A DNA stretch of 32,000 nucleotides. Origin: Vibrio cholerae ATCC 14035. Its GTDB lineage: Bacteria > Pseudomonadota > Gammaproteobacteria > Enterobacterales > Vibrionaceae. The translations under genes were made by a program, and so were the position numbers. The stretch is taken from positions 111,717 to 143,716 of the forward strand of contig NZ_KK211322.1 of NCBI RefSeq assembly GCF_000621645.1, read 5' to 3'. A model generated the notes under the pieces. That model was not told the DNA's origin and made no database searches. It was given only the letters and a program-made list of their open reading frames with translations. This document shows, piece after piece, positions 1 through 9,528 of the stretch (position 1 is the first letter of the stretch; each line of letters opens with the position of its first letter).

Positions 1-767
1 ACGCATTGTTTCCCCATCTTACCGTGGCGCAAAACGTTGGTTTTGGGTTAGATGCGATGCCCGCGAAGCAAAAGCAGGCCAAAATTGCCGAGATGCTGAC
101 TCTGGTTCATCTTGACGCTTTCGCAGAGCGTTATCCGCACCAACTATCGGGAGGTCAGCAGCAGCGTGTCGCCATTGCTCGTGCCTTAGCGTATAAGCCC
201 GATCTGTTACTGCTTGATGAGCCGTTTTCCAATATCGATACTCAAGTGCGCCATGAGCTGATCATTGAGATTCGTAAGATCTTTAAACAGCAGGGAGTCA
301 CGGCGATTTTCGTCACTCACTCGCGCGAAGAAGCGTTTGCCTTCGCTGATAAAATGGCGGTGATGAATCGTGGTGTGATTGAACAATACGGCACCGCCGC
401 AGAGCTTTACTACCAACCATCGAGTCAGTTTGTGGCCGATTTTCTGGGTGGGGGTAGTTATTTAAGCGCCAAGCGGATCAGTGAAACTCAGTACCAAACG
501 GCGCTTGGGGTGGTCGAAGCGATTGCGCGCCAACCGATCGCGGTAGAGGCGGAGTGTAAGTTACTGCTGCGTCCACAACAGGTGCAAATTCGCGCAGAAG
601 AGGAGAGCAGTGTGACGGTGACGGAGCAGCAGTTTATGGGCGATCATTGCCGTTATCTGATTGATGCGCATGGCACTCAGCTTATCGCGACCTCTTCGCA
701 ACCGCTGGAGTTAGGGCAGTCAGTCTCGGTCAATATTGATACCCAAGGCGTGCTCGCTTTCGCCTAA
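1..767 (+). CDS. fbpC: ABC importer ATP-binding subunit, 3' portion (start lies upstream of window); FbpC/CysA/PotA-type with C-terminal TOBE-like domain, probably ferric-iron importer ATPase
   Basis: The frame is open from nt 3 to the stop at 765-767. It has the ABC signature LSGGQQQRVAIARAL, Walker B LLLLDEPFSNID and H-loop FVTHS, plus a C-terminal regulatory extension of about 110 aa. The symbol rests on remembered V. cholerae synteny (fbpABC next to the chb operon). Confidence 0.8.
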   Translation, partial: ALFPHLTVAQNVGFGLDAMPAKQKQAKIAEMLTLVHLDAFAERYPHQLSGGQQQRVAIARALAYKPDLLLLDEPFSNIDTQVRHELIIEIRKIFKQQGVTAIFVTHSREEAFAFADKMAVMNRGVIEQYGTAAELYYQPSSQFVADFLGGGSYLSAKRISETQYQTALGVVEAIARQPIAVEAECKLLLRPQQVQIRAEEESSVTVTEQQFMGDHCRYLIDAHGTQLIATSSQPLELGQSVSVNIDTQGVLAFA

Positions 768-811
768 TGCTCCCGCCAAGCGTCTTGGATTGCCAAACTA
801 TGTTACCCGCA

Positions 812-839
812 TAAAAAAGCCCGACGTCGAGCGTCGGGC
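812..839 (-). terminator. Rho-independent terminator at the end of the chb operon; may also stop the convergent fbpC transcript
   Basis: An 8-bp GC-rich stem GCCCGACG/CGTCGGGC (819-826/832-839) has a 5-nt loop. The A6 run at 813-818 gives a U-tract on the minus strand. It lies about 60 nt past the stop of the last chb gene. Confidence 0.7.
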
Positions 840-897
840 AAGTGTTCTTCTCCGCTGAGGGGACTTAACCTCAGGGGATGATTTGACAAGGCGATGA

Positions 898-2310
898 TTA
901 CAACGCCAAGAAAGCTTTCATCTGTTGAAGAACACGCTCCGCAGTATCTTTGTCGGCCATTTCGGCGAAAATACGTAATAAAGGTTCAGTACCGGAGAAG
1001 CGGGCAATTACCCAGCCACCGTTCTTGAAGTAGACTTTCGCCCCATCTTCATAGCTGACTTTATCGATGTCGAATTCAAACTCAGGCAGTTTTTTCTCAA
1101 TGTAGGCCTTGTTGTAGATCTCATCACGCTGGGCGGGCTTAAATTTGCAATCGCCTTCCGCAGTGTAGGCATAGCCGTAACGATCATAGATCTCGGTTAA
1201 CAGCTCAGAGAGTTTCTTGCCCGTCACGCTGATCATTTCCACCAATAGGCTAGAAGCGAACACGCCATCTTTCCCCTTGATGTGACCACGAATCGTGAGG
1301 CCGCCAGAGCTCTCCCCGCCAATCAGAGAGTCGTCCGCTTCCATTTGTGAAGAGATGTGTTTAAAGCCCACAGGCACTTCAAAGCACCGCTCACCATGAT
1401 CGGCGGCGATCTTATCCAACAGATGTGTGGTTGCGATGTTACGCACCACAGAACCTTTCCAGCCTTTGTACTCCAGCAGGTAGTAGTAAAGCAGGATCAG
1501 CACTTCGTTCGGGTGAATAAAGTTGCCTTTTTCATCGATGATGCCAAGGCGGTCCGCATCGCCATCGGTGCCGATACCGATGTCATAACCTTCGTGTTTC
1601 ACCAGATGCTTCAAGCGATACAAGGTGGCAGCGCTAGGCGAAGGCATCAAACCACCGAAATCAGGGTTTTTGCCATCGTTGATCACGTCCACGTCGCAGC
1701 GGCCATTGATCAGTACCGTTTGCAGCGCGTTTTTCGCCACCCCGAACATAGGGTCGATCAACACTCGTAGATTGGCTTTTTTGATCGCTTCAATATCGAT
1801 GAAGTTGATGATGCTGTCGACGAACTCGTTCATCGGGTTGATGATGGCGATCAGTTTGTCGTTGACGGCTTGATCAAAGTCGATCGATTTCACGTCTTGT
1901 AAAGTCAGTGTGGCAATTTGCTGCTCGATCTTCTGAGTGATCACTTCATCTGCATCACGGCCACCACGGATAAACACTTTGATGCCGTTGTAGTCGGCCG
2001 GGTTGTGCGAGGCGGTAATACAGGCTGAATAAGCACAATCCATCGCTTTGGCTTTAAACATCACCACCGGTGTTGGCACAAACTTGTCGATAAAGCTCAC
2101 CACAACGCCATTCGCGGCTAACACTTCGGCAAACCAGCGTCCCGCTTTGTCTGACAGAAAACGGCGGTCGTAACCAATTACGAAGCCTTCGTTTGCGGCT
2201 TGCTCATGATGGATGATGTTGGCTAACGCTTGAGCCACCAAGCGCACATTATCTTTAGTGAATTCTTCACCAATAAACGCACGCCAGCCGCCAGTACCAA
2301 ATTTAATCAT
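898..2310 (-). CDS. alpha-D-phosphohexomutase family enzyme (GlcNAc-1-P / GlcNAc-6-P phosphomutase role in chitobiose catabolism)
   Basis: 470-aa ORF with all four family motifs: active-site loop TASHNPADYNG, metal loop GTDGDADRLG, sugar loop GGESSGG and phosphate loop RFSGTEP. GGGGGAGAAA Shine-Dalgarno (SD) sequence upstream of the ATG. Last gene of the chb operon. Confidence 0.9.
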   Translation of the reverse strand: MIKFGTGGWRAFIGEEFTKDNVRLVAQALANIIHHEQAANEGFVIGYDRRFLSDKAGRWFAEVLAANGVVVSFIDKFVPTPVVMFKAKAMDCAYSACITASHNPADYNGIKVFIRGGRDADEVITQKIEQQIATLTLQDVKSIDFDQAVNDKLIAIINPMNEFVDSIINFIDIEAIKKANLRVLIDPMFGVAKNALQTVLINGRCDVDVINDGKNPDFGGLMPSPSAATLYRLKHLVKHEGYDIGIGTDGDADRLGIIDEKGNFIHPNEVLILLYYYLLEYKGWKGSVVRNIATTHLLDKIAADHGERCFEVPVGFKHISSQMEADDSLIGGESSGGLTIRGHIKGKDGVFASSLLVEMISVTGKKLSELLTEIYDRYGYAYTAEGDCKFKPAQRDEIYNKAYIEKKLPEFEFDIDKVSYEDGAKVYFKNGGWVIARFSGTEPLLRIFAEMADKDTAERVLQQMKAFLAL

Positions 2311-2403
2311 TTTCTCCCCCTATCCCTTTTCTACTGACGCTGCAAGAGTGTTGGCTGCAACGACAAGTGGTCTGGGCATATAAAACGCTTAGGTATTAGC
2401 AAA

Positions 2404-2424
2404 CGGGCACTCAGCGAGTGCCCG
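2404..2424 (-). other. intercistronic stem-loop after the phosphorylase gene (weak terminator or mRNA-stability element)
   Basis: 8-bp stem CGGGCACT/AGTGCCCG with a 5-nt loop, followed on the minus strand by only TTT. It sits 9 nt downstream of the stop of the 2433-4838 CDS. Confidence 0.4.
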
Positions 2425-2432
2425 AAAATGGA

Positions 2433-4838
2433 TTAACCTAGAACAACCACGACTTGGTTAACGCTGCCTGCGGCTTGCACAGGAACGGCACCTTCAATCG
2501 CTTGACCATTTAGGGTGATGGATTTCACGCCTTTTGAAACACTTTGCGGGTTTTCCACTTTGATCTGATAAGTCGCATCACGCCATTCGCGAGTCACTTC
2601 AAAACCCGGCCATGACGTTGGGATACAAGGATCGATCTCCAGTGCATCGAAGCCCGCTTTGATACCCAAGATATAGTTGGTGGTCGCATGGTATGCCCAG
2701 CCAGAAGTACCGGTTAACCATGGGTGGTTAGCGCGGCCGTGATCTTGGTGGTCACGCCCCATGATGAACTGTACGTAAGAGTAAGGTTCAGCAATACGGG
2801 TTTCGATGATGTCGTTTTGGTTGTATGGGTTGAGTGCGTCATACAGCTCCATCGCACGATCACCACGGCCCAGTTTCGCTTCGGCTACCCATGCCCATGG
2901 GTTTGGATGCGAGAAGATCGCGCCGTTCTCTTTCACGCCTTGGTAAACGCGAGTCACGAAACCGATGTCATCATTTGGCGTGGCAAATGATGGAGCGTTC
3001 AGGTGTAGACCGTATTTGGAGAACAGGTATTTGTAGACCGCATCCATTGCTTTGATGCCGCGTTCATGGCTAACCGTGCCAGACAACACTGCAAGCGAGT
3101 TAGACTCTAAATGCACTTTGCCTTCCACTTGTTCGAAGGTTCCGATCTTGTCGCCATTTTTGGTCAGGCCACGGATGTACCATTCGCCTTGTTCATCCCA
3201 CAAGTGAGTTTCACACGCTTCGCGTACACCATCGGCCATCGCTTGGTACTTGTCGGTTGCCGCTTCATCATTGCGATAGCGTGACAGTTCAAGGAAAGAT
3301 TCCAACGCCCAGAAGTGTAGGAAAGAGACCATAGAGGACTCACCACCACCGAGGTTCAAACAGTCGTTCCAGTCGGCACGCAGACCCTTACAGATACCGG
3401 TTTGACCCACATATTCTGCAGAGAAATCTAGCGCTGCCATCATGTGCTCGTACACAGTGGCGTTGCCGCCATCCGCGTAAGGAATCACTTCGTCGATAAA
3501 GGCGAAGTCACCGGTCTCTTTCACATAGTTGAGGATGGTTGGCACAATCCACAGGTGATCGTCAGAACAGGTATCTTTAATGCCGTGGATCTTGTCTTCA
3601 TCCGACGGTGTGGGGACAACTGTGGGTGATTTAGATGGTTTAACATCCGCTTTTTCTGGATCGAACCAGTCAGGATCAAACAGGTGCAGACCGTAACCGG
3701 CTTTCACTTGACCACGCAGTAGATCAACGAGGCGCTTACGAGTCATCGCTGGGTTAGTGTGCGGTACTGAGATCGCATCTTGCGCAGTATCACGGTAGCC
3801 AAGGCCTGTACGGCCGCCGACTTCAATGAAAGAGGCGAAACGGGACCACACCACACACGTTTCCGCTTGGTACAGAGTCCAAGCGTTGATCATGGTATCG
3901 AGACCTTGGTTGGGTGATTTCACTTGGAATTTCGCACAACGCTCATCCCAGTGTGCTTTGATACCTGCAAAGGCCGAATCCACTTTGCTCAGGTCTTGGT
4001 ATTTTTCACGCAGTTTTGCGCCGTTGCCTTTACCTACACCTAAGATCACCGCAAAGCGCACCTTCTCGCCCGGTTGCAGCACGAATTGCTTATGCAGTGC
4101 ACCACAGTGGTTGTAACAGGTTTGCGCACTGTTAGAGCATTTACCTTGCGCCACGGCGATTGGGTTGGCTTCATCACGGTACATGCCAAGGAATTGGTCA
4201 CGTTGGCCGTCGTAACTGTCGGCATCGAAAGTTGCAGTCAGGTAGTAGAAGCCGAGGAAATCATCGGTGTTGTAGTACAGGTCATACTCAATCACGCCAT
4301 CTTTGAACGAGGTGCCGGCTGAGTAGAGCGACATCTGATGGTTTTGGTTGTCTGACTTGATGTGGCTGAAAGAGAACTCAACATAGTTGAACGCACTGAT
4401 GGTGCGCACTTCGTTGGAGGTATTTTTGATCACTACATCCCAAACTTCGGCATCTTCGCCTTTAGGAACAAACAGAGTTTTGGTGGCGTGAATGCCGTTG
4501 TACTCACACTTGAATTTTGAGTAGGACAAGCCGTGGCGAACTTCGTATTTCGCTTGTTCAAGGCTTTTCGCAACTGGTTGCCAAGAGATTGACCAGAAAT
4601 CGCCTGTCGCATCATCGCGCAGGTAAACATAGTGCCCGGGACGATCTTGGGTAAAGTTTGGACGAAACTTGGTCACGCGGTTGTACTCAGGTGAGTGATA
4701 GAAGGAGTAACCCCCTGCGTTGTGTGAAATCACCGTACAGAATTTTTCAGTACCGAGATAGTTAGTCCAAGGTGCGGGTACGTCAGGGCGAGTGATGACG
4801 TATTCGCGATTATCATTATCGAAATAGCCGTATTTCAT
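2433..4838 (-). CDS. chbP: GH94 N,N'-diacetylchitobiose phosphorylase
   Basis: 801-aa ORF. The N-terminus MKYGYFDNDNREYVITRPDVPAPWTNYLG and the overall length match the Vibrio ChbP / cellobiose-phosphorylase family as I remember it. It sits in an operon with a hexosaminidase and a phosphomutase that would use its GlcNAc-1-P product. Confidence 0.88.
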   Translation of the reverse strand: MKYGYFDNDNREYVITRPDVPAPWTNYLGTEKFCTVISHNAGGYSFYHSPEYNRVTKFRPNFTQDRPGHYVYLRDDATGDFWSISWQPVAKSLEQAKYEVRHGLSYSKFKCEYNGIHATKTLFVPKGEDAEVWDVVIKNTSNEVRTISAFNYVEFSFSHIKSDNQNHQMSLYSAGTSFKDGVIEYDLYYNTDDFLGFYYLTATFDADSYDGQRDQFLGMYRDEANPIAVAQGKCSNSAQTCYNHCGALHKQFVLQPGEKVRFAVILGVGKGNGAKLREKYQDLSKVDSAFAGIKAHWDERCAKFQVKSPNQGLDTMINAWTLYQAETCVVWSRFASFIEVGGRTGLGYRDTAQDAISVPHTNPAMTRKRLVDLLRGQVKAGYGLHLFDPDWFDPEKADVKPSKSPTVVPTPSDEDKIHGIKDTCSDDHLWIVPTILNYVKETGDFAFIDEVIPYADGGNATVYEHMMAALDFSAEYVGQTGICKGLRADWNDCLNLGGGESSMVSFLHFWALESFLELSRYRNDEAATDKYQAMADGVREACETHLWDEQGEWYIRGLTKNGDKIGTFEQVEGKVHLESNSLAVLSGTVSHERGIKAMDAVYKYLFSKYGLHLNAPSFATPNDDIGFVTRVYQGVKENGAIFSHPNPWAWVAEAKLGRGDRAMELYDALNPYNQNDIIETRIAEPYSYVQFIMGRDHQDHGRANHPWLTGTSGWAYHATTNYILGIKAGFDALEIDPCIPTSWPGFEVTREWRDATYQIKVENPQSVSKGVKSITLNGQAIEGAVPVQAAGSVNQVVVVLG

Positions 4839-4857
4839 TGTGCTTTCCTTTTAAACC

Positions 4858-4875
4858 AGCTGCCCTGTGGCAGCT
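4858..4875 (-). other. intercistronic stem-loop between hexosaminidase and phosphorylase genes
   Basis: 7-bp stem AGCTGCC/GGCAGCT with a 4-nt loop CTGT, and no U-tract on the minus strand. It lies about 20 nt upstream of the chbP start codon. Confidence 0.35.
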
Positions 4876-4956
4876 AAAAATTTTGCTAGTGAAAACCAGC
4901 GTGAGTTCCGTCACGCCATTGTTACGATTTTCGGAAGAATGCCTTCTAAGGCAAAA

Positions 4957-6870
4957 TTACTTCCAAGGCGCGCGATAAGGTATTTTCTGCTTATCAAGCA
5001 GTGGTAAATGGCCTTTCAAACGCGCTAGATAATCCAACCAGTCACGCTGGGATTTCTCTGTCCAACCGCCTTCAGCTAATGCCGTGAGACGTGGATAGAG
5101 CATGTATTCCATGCGTTCTGAGTGATTGATCAATTCACACCACAAGGCGCATTGAATACCTAAAATGCGTTTACGCAGTGGGTTATTGGCCGGAACGTCA
5201 GCTAACGGTTCATAACCGTAAGCACGCTCTAGCGGAGTAACACCTGCCCAATCCACGCCCGGTTCTTCAGGAGCATAGTCTTGAACGATATCGAGATAGG
5301 TAAATTGTCCCGGCTGCAAAATCACGTCAAAGCCTTGTTTGGCGCAATCCAAGGCGGCTTTTTCCGATAACCAAGAGTAAATCACCGTATCTTTACTCAC
5401 TTTGTCACCGTGATGGGCTTCTTCCCAGCCGACCATACGCTTACCCAAGCTTTTGAGTTTTTTCTCGGCGTAGCGCAGTAAGTGGCCTTGCAGCTCTTTC
5501 GGGTCGGTATAGCCTTGCTCTTGCATTAAGGCTTGGCATTTCGGGCTATCTACCCACACACCGTGTGGAACTTCATCGGCACCGATATGAATAAATTGGC
5601 TTGGAAACAGCGCAGCCACTTCTTCTAATACGATGTCGAGGAATTGATAAGTGCCCGGCAGTGCAGGGGAGAGCACGTTGTCGTTGTAGTACTGAATACT
5701 GCGATATTGCGAGCAATCTTCCTCATCGACCAGCCATTCCGGCAGCGCTTTAATCGCGGCGCGGCTGTGCCCTGGTACGTCAATTTCAGGGATGACAGTA
5801 ATGCCACGATCGCTGGCGTACTCAATCACTGCACGGATCTCCTCTTGGGTATAGAAACCGCCATGACGCTCGGTGAGTAAGCTGTACTGAGGTTCCAGCA
5901 CTTCATCCATGCCACGCCATGCACCAATGTCTGTCAGTTGCGGCAGGCGTTTAATCTCAATACGCCAACCTTCATCATCAGTCAGATGCCAGTGGAACAC
6001 GTTAAATTTGTAGTGTGCCAGTTGATTGATCACTCGTTTGACCTGCTCAAGCGAGTGAAAATGGCGGGCGCAATCGAGCATCATACCGCGATACTTAAAG
6101 CGCGGTGCATCGACAATGTTGACCAGAGGAAAGCGCAATGAGCCTTGATGCGCTTGCGCCAGTTGCAGCAAAGTCGCGCTGGCATGCATAAAGCCACTGT
6201 GGCTGCCTGCTTCAATCTTGATCCCTTGCGCTTCGATATTGAGTTGGTAATGGCCCTCATCGAGCGTGGGATTACTGCGGTAGACGATATCGCTATGGCC
6301 AACCGTATTCAGTTTGAACTCATGCAGTGCATGCAATTCTTGCTCTAACCAGCGTGCAGCACGCGCGGCCGAGTCCGATTGCAGCGAGATCTGGCTGGAG
6401 TGGTTGACCACAAACTCACCTTGGAAACGTTGCAGTGAGTTAGGTTTGGGGATGAGACAGAGCTCAGCCGCAGTCACTTCAGGGATCTGGCTACGCTCGC
6501 GAAATGGTGACGCGAGAACGATAGGGTTAACCGCGACGTTAATACGTTCAACAGGCTGTTTATCATTAAGTTGGACAAACGCGTGCTTTACCCCATCGGT
6601 GTAGAAATGGTAAGGCGCGGTTTTGATGATGAACTCACAATAAAAGTGGCCATTAGCTTGCAACACTTTTTCCGTTGGAACAATCGAACATAAGCTGCCG
6701 ACTTGGGTCAGTTGACCGTTGGTCACACTCATGGGTTGGATGTAACGATCAATCACAAAATACAGCGACCAATCATGCAGATCTTGATCGCTCAAATTGT
6801 GCAGGGTTAAACCAAAACGGCAATCCGGTTTTTGTTCCGAGAGCACCGCAAATTCAATTCGATAACTCAT
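4957..6870 (-). CDS. GH20 beta-N-acetylhexosaminidase (chitobiase)
   Basis: 637-aa ORF with the GH20 catalytic region HIGADEV (Asp-Glu pair) and HWHLTDDEGWR. AAGGA SD upstream. The start overlaps the stop of the upstream kinase gene as ATGA. Confidence 0.9.
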   Translation of the reverse strand: MSYRIEFAVLSEQKPDCRFGLTLHNLSDQDLHDWSLYFVIDRYIQPMSVTNGQLTQVGSLCSIVPTEKVLQANGHFYCEFIIKTAPYHFYTDGVKHAFVQLNDKQPVERINVAVNPIVLASPFRERSQIPEVTAAELCLIPKPNSLQRFQGEFVVNHSSQISLQSDSAARAARWLEQELHALHEFKLNTVGHSDIVYRSNPTLDEGHYQLNIEAQGIKIEAGSHSGFMHASATLLQLAQAHQGSLRFPLVNIVDAPRFKYRGMMLDCARHFHSLEQVKRVINQLAHYKFNVFHWHLTDDEGWRIEIKRLPQLTDIGAWRGMDEVLEPQYSLLTERHGGFYTQEEIRAVIEYASDRGITVIPEIDVPGHSRAAIKALPEWLVDEEDCSQYRSIQYYNDNVLSPALPGTYQFLDIVLEEVAALFPSQFIHIGADEVPHGVWVDSPKCQALMQEQGYTDPKELQGHLLRYAEKKLKSLGKRMVGWEEAHHGDKVSKDTVIYSWLSEKAALDCAKQGFDVILQPGQFTYLDIVQDYAPEEPGVDWAGVTPLERAYGYEPLADVPANNPLRKRILGIQCALWCELINHSERMEYMLYPRLTALAEGGWTEKSQRDWLDYLARLKGHLPLLDKQKIPYRAPWK

Positions 6871-7751
6871 AAACCATCCTTATACAGGTTGTGCTCAGGC
6901 TTACCGGCAAACATTAATGCACCTTCGATAGCATCCGATTGCGGTTTGACAATCCACTGCTGTACCGGTGGGGAGAGCCAATCTTGGATACGCTCAGCAA
7001 TGCTGCCCATTAAACAGATGCGTTCTGCGCCTTTGTGGTGTAAGGCGATCAGGAACATTTCAATGTCTGCGGCGGTCTGTTTGAGTAATTCAATCGCGAG
7101 AGGATCGCCGCAATAGGCATGGCTGAAAATCTGAGGTGAAAATTGCCCATAGTCGCGAGGTAGAGCGGTTTTAGACCAAGCAACAATGGAATCAATATCA
7201 TGGTTAAAGTGGTTCATCACCACATCACACAGCGGGGTATGGGGACGGATGCCATCTTGTGCGAGCAGCACTTGTTGAATCAGGCGTAAGCCCATGACGG
7301 CGCCGCTGCCTTGATCGGAGATTGGGAACTCACGACCGCCAACCACGTACTGTTTGCCACCTTTTAGCAAAATGCCACACGATCCGGTTCCGGCGATCAT
7401 GATCGCGCCCTCTTCACCAAGGTGCGCGCCAAGACAAGCGCCATAAGCATCGGTGTTAAGCGTGATGGAAGCGAAAGGGTGCGCTTGCTGCATAAAAGCG
7501 TGCCACGCCTCTTTTTGCTCCGCACCAGCCAAAGCAAGACCTACATGCATACTAGGGAAGTCGTCTGGTGATAACCCGCCTTGCTCTGCCGCTTGGGTGA
7601 TCGCATCGACTACGGAACGCAACGCCACCTCAACACCGAGCATGATGTTGGCGCTGCCACTTTTGGCTTCGCCAACCCATTCACCTTGCTGATTACGAAT
7701 GCGAGCACGGCAGGATGTACCGCCGCCATCAATGCCTACGTAGTAGTTCAT
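6867..7751 (-). CDS. gspK: glucosamine/N-acetylglucosamine kinase, BadF/BadG/BcrA/BcrD (ASKHA) ATPase family
   Basis: The ORF track starts at 7844. I place the start at the ATG 7751-7749 (MNYYVGIDGGGTSCR...), which has a strong GGAGGAG SD and overlaps the upstream stop as ATGA, giving 294 aa. It has the ASKHA phosphate-1 motif GIDGGGT and AGTGS. The symbol comes from the remembered V. cholerae glucosamine-specific kinase. Confidence 0.85.
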   Translation of the reverse strand: MNYYVGIDGGGTSCRARIRNQQGEWVGEAKSGSANIMLGVEVALRSVVDAITQAAEQGGLSPDDFPSMHVGLALAGAEQKEAWHAFMQQAHPFASITLNTDAYGACLGAHLGEEGAIMIAGTGSCGILLKGGKQYVVGGREFPISDQGSGAVMGLRLIQQVLLAQDGIRPHTPLCDVVMNHFNHDIDSIVAWSKTALPRDYGQFSPQIFSHAYCGDPLAIELLKQTAADIEMFLIALHHKGAERICLMGSIAERIQDWLSPPVQQWIVKPQSDAIEGALMFAGKPEHNLYKDGL

Positions 7752-9472
7752 TGGTTCTCCTCCCCGTGAGCGGTAAAGTGAGCAAATTGGCTGATGATGG
7801 CAAGCAGATACCAAGCGCCATGCGGGATCCATTGTTCTCCCCAACGCCAGTTTTGCAGCATGTCATCTTTTTGCCCTGCTGGGTTAAACGCGATATCTCT
7901 TGGGTCATCAAAGCCCGCGGTTATGCCGTTACACACACCGCCTTTGGCATTGAAAAAGCCTAAATGAGGTAAGTAATCGGGATTATTGTGCCCATGTCCA
8001 TCGAGCATGCACATGTTGTAAGGATTGAGCCCGACAATCCAGTTCAGGGCATTTTGTGACCACTGTTCAAGCGGTTTAGCGATAGCGGTACTCAAATGAG
8101 GCTGAGCAAGATAGGCCATGCTCGCCAACGAGGCGAGACGGGCATTTTCACCTTGCCACCAGTAACCACTTTCGTTGTCTTGAGCGATAAAGAAACTGGT
8201 GCGTTTGGCGCTTTCCACCCCTTTGACATACTGACGCGGGTACCCAAACGGGTTGGAGACTTGTTGAGTTATCGCTAACTCGAATTGACAGGCTTGCTCG
8301 ACCACTCTTTGGAGTTGAGCGTAGTTAGCCGTATCCGTTTCAATATTCAGATACTCGCAAAGTGCAATGACAGGCAGACCAGCATCACTGGCGTGGAAGT
8401 ATGGGCGCTCACCGTTGCTGGTGGCAGACCAGTAGTGCGCAATTTGTTCATCGCTGCATTGGCGCTTGGCTAAACGCTGTGCCCACTCACGAGCTTGAGC
8501 CAGATATTGGTCATTCTCTGTCGTGCGGTAAAGTTCGCAACACGCCAAGAGTGCGCAGTACTCATCAATGATGTTTTCAACCCCATCATTGAGGTAGGCG
8601 AGGTTATGCTCTTTGAGGTGCCAGTAGCCATTTTCTGCCGCTTGTAAATAGTCAGCTTGTGTGAACTCGCCGTGCGTATCCAAACGCGCGGCTGCGGCAA
8701 GTGCCGCAATCGCCATGCCCCCACCTTGGCGAAAACCCGCTTGATAATCATCGGATTTATGGCCTTGTTGGGTCGCGTAGGCACAAATCTCCCGTTGTTT
8801 GGTGTCTTTGCTCCATTTGTCAAAGACGGTCATATAAAAAAATCCCTCGGAGTTTTGCATACGGCGTAGAAAATCAGCACCAAACAACGCTTCATCCTTG
8901 AGGCGAGTGCGAGAAAACGATGCAAAACCCGAGTGATGTTGTAAAACCGCTAACCCTTTGAGCATGTTCCAGACCACCAAAGGTGTTTGTTGTGGGTTCA
9001 AATAGTTAGCGTAAGAAAGGTGACTGAGATACTTGCTAACGTCACCTGAAGCGTCGTACCAGCCACCGTGCACATCGGCAGTGGTTGATGTGCTCAGCAG
9101 CGGTACTTGCTTGTCTTGTTGATCAAACTGCCCAGAGCAGCGTTGCGATTTAAAGTAGTGCAGCACATCAGAAAATGTGCGTTGCATTAATACGCCTCGC
9201 GCAATAGTAAAAGTGGCAGAATGCGTGTGTTCCAGGCGCAGATAATAGTCGCCTGGCGTCGTGAAATCGGAAAAATCGATACGATGAAATTGTCCCTGAT
9301 GCCAGTTGTCGACCTTGCCGTGCCACTCAATAGCGAGCTTGGCAACGGTTTGGTGACTACGAGCGCAAACCAAAAGCACACAATCGTCCATGAGTTGTGT
9401 TTGTCCACACAGCAACACCGCCTGTTTAGGGCCTTGGGTTTCATAGCCAATGTGGTTGGTCAGTAACAGCAT
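7748..9472 (-). CDS. bglA: GH9 glycoside hydrolase (annotated historically as endoglucanase-related; beta-glucosidase / exo-beta-glucosaminidase acting on deacetylated chitobiose)
   Basis: 574-aa ORF with the GH9 signature GGWYDASGD. No signal peptide, so it is cytoplasmic. GGAG SD 7 nt upstream. The symbol is from memory and less certain than the family call. Confidence 0.8.
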   Translation of the reverse strand: MLLLTNHIGYETQGPKQAVLLCGQTQLMDDCVLLVCARSHQTVAKLAIEWHGKVDNWHQGQFHRIDFSDFTTPGDYYLRLEHTHSATFTIARGVLMQRTFSDVLHYFKSQRCSGQFDQQDKQVPLLSTSTTADVHGGWYDASGDVSKYLSHLSYANYLNPQQTPLVVWNMLKGLAVLQHHSGFASFSRTRLKDEALFGADFLRRMQNSEGFFYMTVFDKWSKDTKQREICAYATQQGHKSDDYQAGFRQGGGMAIAALAAAARLDTHGEFTQADYLQAAENGYWHLKEHNLAYLNDGVENIIDEYCALLACCELYRTTENDQYLAQAREWAQRLAKRQCSDEQIAHYWSATSNGERPYFHASDAGLPVIALCEYLNIETDTANYAQLQRVVEQACQFELAITQQVSNPFGYPRQYVKGVESAKRTSFFIAQDNESGYWWQGENARLASLASMAYLAQPHLSTAIAKPLEQWSQNALNWIVGLNPYNMCMLDGHGHNNPDYLPHLGFFNAKGGVCNGITAGFDDPRDIAFNPAGQKDDMLQNWRWGEQWIPHGAWYLLAIISQFAHFTAHGEENQ

Positions 9473-9500
9473 TCATTTTCTCCGCAGTATGGATTGAGCA

Positions 9501-9521
9501 AGCTCCCTACGAGAGGGAGCT
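9501..9521 (-). other. intercistronic stem-loop between ABC ATPase gene and GH9 gene
   Basis: 8-bp stem AGCTCCCT/AGGGAGCT with a 5-nt loop. It starts 8 nt after the stop of the 9529-10524 CDS and has no U-tract. Confidence 0.35.
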
Positions 9522-9528
9522 GCTGGTT

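Noticed and set aside
7752-7844. N-terminal extensions of ORF-track models for the kinase gene (to 7844), erpA (from 23895) and vexF (from 25379)
   Set aside because: Internal starts at 7751, 23931 and 25481 each have a strong SD. They respect the upstream gene's stop (ATGA overlap or TAGGAG) and give family-typical N-termini. The extensions overlap upstream genes or promoter DNA.
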